From Isosphaeraceae bacterium (GTDB taxonomy: Bacteria; Planctomycetota; Planctomycetia; Isosphaerales; Isosphaeraceae), in assembly GCA_026004735.1 (NCBI GenBank), contig BPJS01000001.1, positions 2,529,641 through 2,553,640 on the forward strand: a DNA stretch of 24,000 nucleotides, read 5' to 3'. A program made the translations under genes and the position numbers. The notes under the pieces are model-generated. The model did no database searches. It saw nothing but the letters and a program-made list of their open reading frames with translations, and had not been told where the DNA came from. This document shows, one piece after another, positions 16,523 through 24,000 of the stretch (positions within the stretch are counted from its first letter, which is position 1; each line of letters begins with the position of its first letter).

Positions 16523-17734
16523 ATGAAGCTCCGCTGCCGGCCCGAGGATTTTGTGGTGGAGGAGCTGCCGAGCGTCACGCCCTTGGAGCGTGGGCCATTT
16601 ACTCTGTACCGTCTGACTAAGACGGGACTGGGAACGCTGGAAGCAGTGGAGGCGATCCGGCGGCGGTGGCAGCTCGAAGGCTCGCGGATCTCGTACGGGG
16701 GACTGAAGGATCGCCACGCGATCACGACCCAGTGGCTGTCGATCCGGGGCGGACCGTGGCGATCGCTGCATCAGACCCACCTGAGTCTGGAGCCGGTCGG
16801 CTATCTGGATCGGCCCTATACGCCAGCCCAGTTTCGGGGAAACCGGTTCGAGATCGTCGTGCGAGATCTAACCGACGAGGCGTTGGGCCGGGCGGAGGCC
16901 GCACTGGCCGACCTACGGACGACGGGGCTGGCGAATTACTTCGATGATCAGCGGTTTGGGTCGGTCGGCTCGAGCGGTCAGTTCCTGGCAGAGGCTTGGT
17001 TGAAGGGGGACTACGAGCGGGCGTTATGGCTGGCCCTGGCCGAGCCTAACCCGCACGACCGACCGGGAACTCGCCAGGAAAAGGAGACGTTGCGGAGCTT
17101 GTGGGGCCGATGGGCCGAGGCGAAGCAACACTTGCCGCGCAGCCACAGCCGAAGTCTGGTGACGTATCTGGCCGATCATCCGACCGATTATCGGGGGGCG
17201 TTTGCCCGCATGAATCGCAACCTGCGGACGCTCTACTTTTCGGCGTATCAGAGCTTTCTCTGGAATCGGGTGCTGGGTCGCTGGATCGAAGCCAACACCC
17301 GCCCAGAGCAACGAATCCCAATCCGCTTGCGCATCGGCGAGCTGCCGATTCCCGTTGGTCTGGCGGCGGAGGAGCGGCAGCGGCTGGACGTGGCGATCCC
17401 GCTGCCAGCGTCGCGGTCGGCACTGCCGGGGCCGCCACTGGGACCGATCTGTGAACAGGTCATCGCCGAGCAGGGACTGGTGTGGAGTGGACTCCGCATC
17501 AAATATCTCAAGGATATTTTTTTCTCGAAGGGAAACCGGCCGGCCTTGTTCGACCCGGAAGGCTTGAGCTGGCAGGTTGGGCCGGATGAACTGAATCGAC
17601 GGCGCAAGGCGTTGACGTTCCGGTGCGTCCTGCCCAAAGGGGCGTATGCGACGATTCTGGTTAAGCGGCTGACGGCGGGCGAGCCGGATGCAATCGAGAA
17701 TCGAGCGGAGTGGACCGAGGCCGATGAAACCTGA
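16523..17734 (+). CDS. truD: tRNA pseudouridine(13) synthase TruD
   Basis: It has the N-terminal RPEDFVVEELP block, the catalytic-Asp signature GGLKDRHAITTQW, and the later NYFDDQRFG block. Length is 403 aa. Confidence 0.9.
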   Translation: MKLRCRPEDFVVEELPSVTPLERGPFTLYRLTKTGLGTLEAVEAIRRRWQLEGSRISYGGLKDRHAITTQWLSIRGGPWRSLHQTHLSLEPVGYLDRPYTPAQFRGNRFEIVVRDLTDEALGRAEAALADLRTTGLANYFDDQRFGSVGSSGQFLAEAWLKGDYERALWLALAEPNPHDRPGTRQEKETLRSLWGRWAEAKQHLPRSHSRSLVTYLADHPTDYRGAFARMNRNLRTLYFSAYQSFLWNRVLGRWIEANTRPEQRIPIRLRIGELPIPVGLAAEERQRLDVAIPLPASRSALPGPPLGPICEQVIAEQGLVWSGLRIKYLKDIFFSKGNRPALFDPEGLSWQVGPDELNRRRKALTFRCVLPKGAYATILVKRLTAGEPDAIENRAEWTEADET

Positions 17735-18425
17735 GAGCGCGGGGGTCGAAATCCTGCTCGAAGATAATCACCTGCTGATCGTCAACAAGCCGGCGGGCTT
17801 GCTGACGCAGGGCGATGCCGGGGGCGAGCCGACGCTGGTGGATTGGGCAAAGCACTACTTGCGGGTCCGCTACCACAAACCGGGCAACGTGTACCTAGGG
17901 CTGGTGCATCGGCTGGATCGGCCGGTCTCCGGGGTCTTGGCGCTGACGCGGACGAGCAAGGGGGCGTCGCGGCTGGCCGAGCAGTTTCGGGCCGGGACGG
18001 TACAGAAGGTCTACTGGGCGATTGTCGAGGGGAGGTTGGAGGAGGATGAGGGCCAGTGGACCAACTGGCTGCTCAAGGACGCGCGGCACAATCTGGTGGA
18101 GGTCGTCGATCCGAGTCATCCGGGAGCGCGCCATGCGGGGCTGTCGTATCGGGTGTTGGGCCGTGAGCGCAATCGGAGTTGGCTGGAGCTGAGGCCGCTG
18201 ACGGGCCGGACGCATCAGTTGCGGGTTCAATTGGCCTCGCGGGGTTATCCGATCGTCGGCGATCGGAAGTATGGCTCGGCGGTCGATCTGCTGGCTCTGG
18301 ATGGCCGGCCGCGGATTGCGTTGCACGCGAGGCGGTTGGGATTCAACCATCCAACGACGCGGGAATGGCTGGAGCCGACGGCGGCGGTGCCGGCAGACTG
18401 GCCCGGGGAATGGCTCGAGCGATGA
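17724..18425 (+). CDS. RluA-family pseudouridine synthase
   Basis: It has the catalytic motif HRLDRPVSGVLAL, the NKPAGLLTQ block and GRTHQLRVQLA. ATG 17724 gives MKPESAGVEILLEDNHLLIVNKPAG and overlaps the truD 3' end by 11 nt. The track start at 17688 lies deeper inside truD. Confidence 0.88.
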   Translation: MKPESAGVEILLEDNHLLIVNKPAGLLTQGDAGGEPTLVDWAKHYLRVRYHKPGNVYLGLVHRLDRPVSGVLALTRTSKGASRLAEQFRAGTVQKVYWAIVEGRLEEDEGQWTNWLLKDARHNLVEVVDPSHPGARHAGLSYRVLGRERNRSWLELRPLTGRTHQLRVQLASRGYPIVGDRKYGSAVDLLALDGRPRIALHARRLGFNHPTTREWLEPTAAVPADWPGEWLER

Positions 18426-19779
18426 GGCCGCGGCCGAGGAAGGCCAGGGGGACGCCGAGGCCGGCGGCGGCCAGGCTGGCGTAAGGTTTCCAGGAGGTCG
18501 GATCGGCGGGGGTGGGGCTGGTCGAAACCGAGGCGGGCTGGGGCGTGGGAGTGGAGGCGGGAGTCGGAGGCGTTGACGAGGGGGAGGGCTGGGGGCGTGG
18601 CTCGGGGACGGGGCCGGGATCCGTGGTGGGATCGACGGCGGGTGGGTTGGAGGGCTTGATTTGTTCGAGGACGCGCGCGGCCTGGTCCCAGAGGGAGGGG
18701 TCGCGGGGCCCGATTTCGCTGGCGACGCGGGCGGCCTGGTCGAGGGGAACCCGGCGATGGACGACTTGGAACAGATACCAGAGCACGGCGGCGCGGGAGC
18801 CGTCGCGGTCGAAGAAGAAGAGCGGACGGGCCGCGTCCTGGTTGATCTCGGCGGTGAAGCGCGCCAGGTGGGCGGGGTCCTGAATCTGACGCTCGGAGGT
18901 CGGGAGGGCGACGTAGCGGAGGCCGCTGGAGTTGATGGCCGCGAGGTCCTCGGAGCGGAGCTGGTCAAGCGGTCGGAGGTCGAGGACGGTGCGGTAGCCC
19001 TGTTCGGCGAGCCACTGCCAGCCGCGATCCGAGGGTAGGCTTCCACCGGCTAAGCGCGGCTCGACGACGGCAAACGACCGGATGCCCGGCGCGGAACTGG
19101 TCGCCGCGTCGGGCACCGGGTGAAGCGAGGCCTCGGCTGAGACCGGCGCCGGGTCGGGAACCTTCTCGGCCTCGAGCGGAACCGGGTTGAGATCGGCAGG
19201 CAGATCGAGCTTGGGCAGGTCGGCCAGGGGGTCGGGGGCGGGCGATGAACGAGCCGAGGAGGCGGGAGCCGGGTCGCGGAGAGCGGTGGCCGGCTCCCGC
19301 GAGGGCCGGTACGACTCGTAGACGGCTTTATTGGGCTTGGCCGGCTCAAGGCTAGAGCGGCCGTTGCTGGGTTGAAGGCTGCCGGTCGGGTTGGGGGCGG
19401 AGCCGGCAGGCGGCGGATTGGTCAGGGAGGGCGAGAGGTCGAGCGGTGGGGCATCCGCGCCAATGATCCCATCGGTCGGCGCGGTGATGACCGGTTCGCC
19501 GCCGCCGATCACCCCGCAATCATCGGCAGCGGGCAAGCCGATCAAGCCCGGCTCGCAGTCGTCGGCCCGGAAGAACGATGGCCCGCGCGGCGCTTTGTCC
19601 CTGTGGGTGATCCAGCGGCCGACGCGCTGGAAGAGGTTCGGCCCGGACTCCCGGCAGGGATCGGGCTGGAAGGCGCGGCAGCCGGTCAGGCTGAGGGCCA
19701 GACCGGCGGCGACAAACAGCATGGTAAGGGGGGCAGCGCGGGCGCCCGAAGCGTGGCTCGGAGAACGAGGAGGGATCAT
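18343..19779 (-). CDS. Lipoprotein with proline-rich linkers and a central DSP-PTPase-like domain with a degenerate P-loop
   Basis: The signal peptide plus lipobox is LFVAAGLALSLTGC. Long Pro/Ser/Ala-rich segments flank a region of about 145 aa (aa 232-375). That region aligns by eye with dual-specificity-phosphatase-like proteins: SFAVVEPRLAGGSLPS...LAEQGYRTVLDLRP...GLRYVALP...PLFFFDRDGSRAAVLWYL. A C-terminal hydrophobic segment (ASLAAAGLGVPLAFLG) is present. An alternative start is at 19722. Confidence 0.62.
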   Translation of the reverse strand: MIPPRSPSHASGARAAPLTMLFVAAGLALSLTGCRAFQPDPCRESGPNLFQRVGRWITHRDKAPRGPSFFRADDCEPGLIGLPAADDCGVIGGGEPVITAPTDGIIGADAPPLDLSPSLTNPPPAGSAPNPTGSLQPSNGRSSLEPAKPNKAVYESYRPSREPATALRDPAPASSARSSPAPDPLADLPKLDLPADLNPVPLEAEKVPDPAPVSAEASLHPVPDAATSSAPGIRSFAVVEPRLAGGSLPSDRGWQWLAEQGYRTVLDLRPLDQLRSEDLAAINSSGLRYVALPTSERQIQDPAHLARFTAEINQDAARPLFFFDRDGSRAAVLWYLFQVVHRRVPLDQAARVASEIGPRDPSLWDQAARVLEQIKPSNPPAVDPTTDPGPVPEPRPQPSPSSTPPTPASTPTPQPASVSTSPTPADPTSWKPYASLAAAGLGVPLAFLGRGLIARAIPRASLPAPPPSAPAIPASLDG

Positions 19780-20123
19780 GGGGAGGGCTCCCGGCGCGTG
19801 GCATCCTGGATCGAGCCAGGGGACCGTAAACCGCGGCCCGGGAGGTCGCTGGTGAGGTTGAGGCTCATCCGGGGTGCTCGCGCGTCGATGCGTCGTGGGC
19901 TAATCGCCAGGTGCAATCGGAACCATTCCGAGAGCCCGAGCCGCAGACGCGGGCGAACCGATTGCGCCGAACAGGTCGGTGGAAGCGGTTGCGCGAAGAT
20001 GCGGACTCGGACACCGGAAGCATCCCCGGGCAGAACCGGAGACGTTGCTGAAAACTAGCCGACGAATGCGGGTTTGCCAAACGCGGAAGCAGGTTTCTAG
20101 GATGAAACGTTGGAGGCTTGTCG

Positions 20124-21497
20124 ATGCGATCGTCACCACCGACAGAGACGCCCGGCACGGGCCTGAGACAGAATGCGACCTGGAAAACAGGGAGGATCTG
20201 GCTGGGTGGGACGATCGTGGCGATTGTGGCGATCGTATCGGCGGCATCGGGCCTGACGAGCGAACCGGTTTTTCCGGACGAGACGGCTTACGTGACCCAG
20301 TCATACTATTTCGATCTGATGATCCGAGGGGAGCGTGATGACTGGGCCTGGGTTGAATATCATGCCTACGATCTGCCACCGCTACCCAAGTATTTGTTTG
20401 GAGCGGCGTTGCGTGCGCTGGGACGACCGGTTTCGGATCGACTGACAGCGGGCCGGTGGTTTCGGGATATCGAGCAGGAGTTGGTGCCGCGAGAGTCGGT
20501 CGTGGTGGCGCGGTGGCCGGTGGTCTTCTTCGCGGTGATGGGGTGCCTGGGTCTGTACTGTTTGGGCACGCTGGGCGTGGACGTGAGCGCCGGGTTGGCG
20601 GCCGGGTTGCTGCTGGCGATCAATCCCCTCTATCGGCTGCATGCGCACCGGGCGATGTCGGATGTGGTGGCGGAGAGTCTGGTGATCGCCGCGCTGGCGA
20701 CGGGGTTGGCCGGGTGGATGCGTCTGATGCGGGGCCGGGCGGGGGGTGGTCTGGGTTGGATGGTGGTGGCGGGGGTCGCGGCCGGTCTGGCGCCGCTGGC
20801 CAAATTGAGCGGGCTGCTGGCCGGGATGGTGTTGGCGGCCTGGTTGGTGTTGGGTTGGGTCTTGCGGCCTCAACACGCGGTGGCGTGGGTTGGGGCCGGT
20901 TTGGTGGTTTCGCTGCTGGCTGTGGGGACGTTCGTGGTCTTGAATCCGTACGTGACGGCACGACCGACGGGGGAGCCGCCGCGGCTGATGATGGGGGCCG
21001 CGGCGGAGGAGGAGTCGCCGTTGGCGCGTCTGGAGCGGATGATTCGACATCGGGCCGAAGTTTCGCAACACGCCAAACGGGCGTTTCCCGAATACGCATT
21101 GTGGACGCCCGTGGAGAAGCTGGCGGCGGTGGTGGTGCAGGGATTGGGTCGATTTGGGCCGCTGGGTCCGGCGGATCATGATTCGAGGGTGCCGTATCCG
21201 CGGTTTGCGTGGTCGCGGGATTGGGGGGCGGCGCCGTGGGGGTTGGCGGTGGTGGCGGGGATGGTGGTGCTGGTCCGACGCGGGCGGATGCAGTGGCGTT
21301 CGGGGGAGCCTGCGACGGGGTGGGCGATCGTGGTGATGGCGCTGGTGGTGTTTGGGGTGGTGACGAGTTTTCTGCCGTTGGCCTGGGATCGGTACTATTT
21401 GCCGCTTCAGCCAGCAGCGGCGCTTTTGGGGGGCGCGGCGCTGACCGAGGCAGCGCGGCGAATCACCCCCCTGCCCCGGGGTGCCGACCGTGATTGA
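20124..21497 (+). CDS. GT-C fold membrane glycosyltransferase (ArnT/PMT-like, GT39/GT83 type)
   Basis: A polytopic membrane protein. Its first periplasmic loop carries a DE motif followed by the PPL block (FPDETAYVTQSYYF...YHAYDLPPLPKYLFGAAL), as in the PMT_2/ArnT family. GGAGG lies 7 nt upstream of ATG 20124; the track start is TTG 20118. Confidence 0.72.
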   Translation: MRSSPPTETPGTGLRQNATWKTGRIWLGGTIVAIVAIVSAASGLTSEPVFPDETAYVTQSYYFDLMIRGERDDWAWVEYHAYDLPPLPKYLFGAALRALGRPVSDRLTAGRWFRDIEQELVPRESVVVARWPVVFFAVMGCLGLYCLGTLGVDVSAGLAAGLLLAINPLYRLHAHRAMSDVVAESLVIAALATGLAGWMRLMRGRAGGGLGWMVVAGVAAGLAPLAKLSGLLAGMVLAAWLVLGWVLRPQHAVAWVGAGLVVSLLAVGTFVVLNPYVTARPTGEPPRLMMGAAAEEESPLARLERMIRHRAEVSQHAKRAFPEYALWTPVEKLAAVVVQGLGRFGPLGPADHDSRVPYPRFAWSRDWGAAPWGLAVVAGMVVLVRRGRMQWRSGEPATGWAIVVMALVVFGVVTSFLPLAWDRYYLPLQPAAALLGGAALTEAARRITPLPRGADRD

Positions 21498-23022
21498 ACG
21501 GCGACGCAGGCTGGTGCTCGGCGTCGGTAGCGGGGTCTTTGCGTTGTTGCTGACGAACTATGCATTCTGGTGGCACGGGCGGGATTGGAACGCGGCGAGC
21601 CGGCTGATGCTGGTCTACGCGTTGGGGGATCGAGGAACGATCCGCATCAACGGCCTGGAGACCCAGACCGGGGATCTTGCGCGAGTCGGCGCGAACTACT
21701 ACACCGAGAAGCAGCCGGGGTATTCGGTGTTGGGGCTGCCGATCTATCTGGTGGTTCGGGCGGTGTCCGGGCTGGAACCGCACCCTGTGGGGGTGGAGGG
21801 CTTTCCGCGCTGGCCGGCCGACTATTGGGTGACGCTCGGGGTTTCGGGCGTGGCGACGGCCTGGACCGGGGCGTTGCTGAGCGGGTTGGCGTTGCGGATG
21901 GGAAGCGGGTCGGTGGGTGCGATCCTGGTGGGCCTGGGGTATGGGCTGGCGACGCCGGCAGCCGTCTACGCGACCCTGGCGTATAGCCACCCGTTGGCCG
22001 CGGCGCTCTTGCTGACGTCGGCGGTCCTGATCGGGATGGGGCAGGCAGGACGTGGGCCGTCGGGGTGGGCGGCGTTTGGGGCGGGATTCTTGGCGTCGTA
22101 CGCCGGGGCGACCGAACTGGCCGTGGGTCCGGTCTGCGCGATCTTGGGAATCTGGTTCATCGCGCGGACGTTACGGTCCGGCGGAGAGGGTCTCGGGCAA
22201 GTGGTTTTGTTTGGCCTGGGCGTGTTGGGACCGGCGTTGATGCTGCTGGGTTACAACACGTGGGCCTTTGGCAACCCCCTAGACACGGGATACGCCCACC
22301 TGATCCTTCCTCGCTTCCGCGAGCTGCACACGGCGTCGAATCCGCTGGGTTTGACCTGGCCGCGGTGGGACCGGCTGGGTCGCCTGCTCTGGGGCGAATA
22401 TCGAGGGCTTCTGTTTTACGCCCCGATGCTTCTGGTGGCTCCCTGGGGCTGGTGGAGGCTTGCGCGGGAACCGCGATGGCGGGGGCTGGCGGCGACTTCG
22501 GTTGCGGCGGTGCTGGCCGTCTTGGGAGTCAATCTGTCGTACCCGGAGTGGACCGGGGGCTGGACCACGGGACCGCGGCTTCTTGTGCCGGGACTTCCGT
22601 TCGCAATGGTGGGCGTAGCCGGAGTCGTGGCGGGGCGATCGCGGTTAGGGGTCGTCGTGGTGGGCGTTTTGACGGTCCTCGGTCTGGTCGTGGCGCAAGG
22701 ATTTCAGGGGGTCGGCGGTCGAGTTCCAGAAACGTATGAGCATCCCTTTCAGCAGGTTGTGGTTCCTCACTGGACGGGTCGCGGGCTGGCGCCGGGCTGG
22801 GTCGGCGACCGATTTGGGGGCAATCTGGTGACGACGTTTCTGCCCTGGATGGGCGATGACCGCGTCGTACCGCCGTCGATGCAGTGGCTGCAGTTTGTGC
22901 CGCTGTGGTTGTGGCTCATGGTCGGGACGGGTTTGCTGGTTGGGTGGTCGCGACGGGTCGAGCGGGGTCTGGAAGGAGGTTGCGGTCCGGTCCGGGAGGT
23001 TCAGGCGGCGGAGGAGGCCTGA
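21481..23022 (+). CDS. GT-C fold membrane glycosyltransferase (ArnT-like), second tandem copy
   Basis: A 513-aa polytopic protein. The first-loop motif GDLARVGANYYTEKQPGYSVLGLPIYL resembles the ArnT YFEKP...GYW block. It overlaps the upstream GT-C gene by 17 nt. Confidence 0.68.
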   Translation: MPTVIERRRRLVLGVGSGVFALLLTNYAFWWHGRDWNAASRLMLVYALGDRGTIRINGLETQTGDLARVGANYYTEKQPGYSVLGLPIYLVVRAVSGLEPHPVGVEGFPRWPADYWVTLGVSGVATAWTGALLSGLALRMGSGSVGAILVGLGYGLATPAAVYATLAYSHPLAAALLLTSAVLIGMGQAGRGPSGWAAFGAGFLASYAGATELAVGPVCAILGIWFIARTLRSGGEGLGQVVLFGLGVLGPALMLLGYNTWAFGNPLDTGYAHLILPRFRELHTASNPLGLTWPRWDRLGRLLWGEYRGLLFYAPMLLVAPWGWWRLAREPRWRGLAATSVAAVLAVLGVNLSYPEWTGGWTTGPRLLVPGLPFAMVGVAGVVAGRSRLGVVVVGVLTVLGLVVAQGFQGVGGRVPETYEHPFQQVVVPHWTGRGLAPGWVGDRFGGNLVTTFLPWMGDDRVVPPSMQWLQFVPLWLWLMVGTGLLVGWSRRVERGLEGGCGPVREVQAAEEA

Positions 23023-24000
23023 TGGGTGGCCTGGTCGAGCTGGTCTTGGACGGCGAGCCAGACGCGCCGCGGCTCCAGTTCGGTCATGCAGGAAAGGTGG
23101 CCGCAGACTTTGAGGCAACTCGCGGCGCAGGGGAGACGGGTGGAGACGACGGCGGCGGAGGGGGAGTAGGGACCCGTACGGCGGGGATCGGTGCAGGTGA
23201 AGACGGCCAGGGTCGAAGCGCCTGCGGCGACGGCCAGATGGAGCGGGCCGGTGTCGTTGGAGAGGAACAGGTCGCAGGCGGCGGCCAGAGCGGCCAGACG
23301 TGGCAGGGAGGTCCGGCCGCAGAGGTCGAGAACCGGGATCGGGTCGAGGGCGAGCTTGAGAGCGTCGACGAGGGGTCGGTCCTCGGGAGCGCCGACGGCG
23401 ATCAGGCTGGCGCCGCGTTGCTCGACGGCCGAGCGGCCGACTTCGGCGAAATGCTGTGGGGGCCAGCGTTTGGTGGTCCATCGGGCCCCGATGTTGAGGA
23501 TCAGGCGGGGGCGTCGGAGCGGGCGAAGAAGGTGCGAGGCCCAGTCGTGGTCGTCGGGGGTGGCGGGGATGGCGAAGCGAGGCGCAACGCAGCAAGCGCC
23601 GAAGGCCGCGGCGACGCGGAGGAGGCGATCAACGGCGTGGGCCGGAGGGGAGGGAACGGGGATCCGGTGGGTGTAGGCGAGGTGGGCGGCTTCGCGGGCG
23701 TCGGCCAGACCGACCCGAACGGGCGCGGCGGTGGCCACGGTCAGGAGTGCCGACCGGAACAGGCCCTGGAGGTCGATGGTCAGGTCGAATCGGCGGCGGT
23801 GCAGGTCGGCGAGGGTGCGAGCCAGCACCCGTCCGCCGGTGGGGAAGCGGCCGGCAGCCTGGCGATCGAAGGGGATCACCTCGTCGAGGCCCGGCAGGCC
23901 GTGGACGAGCGAAGCGAGGCTGCGGTTGACGACCCAGGCGAAGCGGGCCGAAGGCCATCGGTCACGGAGTGCGTTGAAGGTGGGGGTGGCGTGGACGATA
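23001..24000 (-). CDS. Glycosyltransferase family 9 (ADP-heptose:LPS heptosyltransferase-like); the 5' end lies beyond the window
   Basis: GT9 blocks are present: FDLTIDLQGLFRSALL and SNDTGPLHLAVAAGASTLAVFTCTDPRRTGPY. The reading frame stays open upstream of the listed GTG 23879 to base 24000 (IVHATPTFNALRDRWPSARFAWVVNRSLASLVHGLPGLDEVIPF), so the gene is truncated by the window edge. Confidence 0.85.
   Translation of the reverse strand, partial: IVHATPTFNALRDRWPSARFAWVVNRSLASLVHGLPGLDEVIPFDRQAAGRFPTGGRVLARTLADLHRRRFDLTIDLQGLFRSALLTVATAAPVRVGLADAREAAHLAYTHRIPVPSPPAHAVDRLLRVAAAFGACCVAPRFAIPATPDDHDWASHLLRPLRRPRLILNIGARWTTKRWPPQHFAEVGRSAVEQRGASLIAVGAPEDRPLVDALKLALDPIPVLDLCGRTSLPRLAALAAACDLFLSNDTGPLHLAVAAGASTLAVFTCTDPRRTGPYSPSAAVVSTRLPCAASCLKVCGHLSCMTELEPRRVWLAVQDQLDQATHQASSAA

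Noticed and set aside
18343-18500. The C-terminal hydrophobic segment plus basic residues of the lipoprotein, considered as a PEP-CTERM-type sorting signal
   Set aside because: No PEP tripeptide precedes the helix (the sequence is SWKPYASL...). About 30 further residues follow the helix, unlike the short Arg-rich tail of PEP-CTERM signals.
1-24000. A search for CRISPR arrays, IS elements or transposases, integrases, toxin-antitoxin pairs and recognisable phage-defence genes
   Set aside because: I found no regularly spaced repeats, no terminal inverted repeats flanking a transposase-like ORF, and no recombinase or defence-family motifs. The window looks like core chromosome rather than an accessory island.

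Overview
The window is a gene-dense, very GC-rich bacterial chromosomal segment with about 21 protein genes and no rRNA, tRNA, CRISPR array or obvious mobile element. I infer a Planctomycetota origin from gene content only: a DUF1553/DUF1501 pair, Tat-signal oxidoreductases, lipobox proteins with proline-rich linkers, and many long spurious antisense ORFs. In order, the window holds:
- a 5'-truncated DUF1553(PSD1)/LamG protein and a Tat-signal DUF1501 protein;
- a minus-strand pair of a DoxX-like membrane protein and a Tat-exported Gfo/Idh/MocA oxidoreductase, joined by an ATGA overlap;
- a HEAT-repeat lipoprotein;
- an orphan protein with about 8 transmembrane helices;
- a two-gene selenium module that the ORF track misses or truncates;
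- an SDR epimerase/dehydratase, a stand-alone HNH endonuclease and CinA/PncC;
- a single-pass membrane protein;
- a coupled pair of an SPFH (band 7) protein and an NAD-kinase-like protein;
- overlapping TruD and RluA-family pseudouridine synthase genes;
- a lipoprotein with a degenerate DSP-PTPase-like domain;
- two tandem GT-C membrane glycosyltransferases, convergent with a 5'-truncated GT9 heptosyltransferase.

The strongest finding is the ORF-free stretch 8592-9082. It is not intergenic. It holds a SelW-like (Rdx family) gene with a CxxU redox motif, whose U is an in-frame TGA at 8743. It also holds the true N-terminus of SelD, whose active-site loop (CAGUAGK) is encoded through an in-frame TGA at 9035. 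Each TGA is followed by a perfect 7-bp hairpin with a GU-initiated apical loop, which fits a bacterial SECIS element. Secondary leads are the SPFH/NAD-kinase-like operon, the lipoprotein whose phosphatase P-loop lacks the catalytic Cys, and a start-codon anomaly in the DoxX-like gene. All family assignments come from motifs read by eye. No database search was run.
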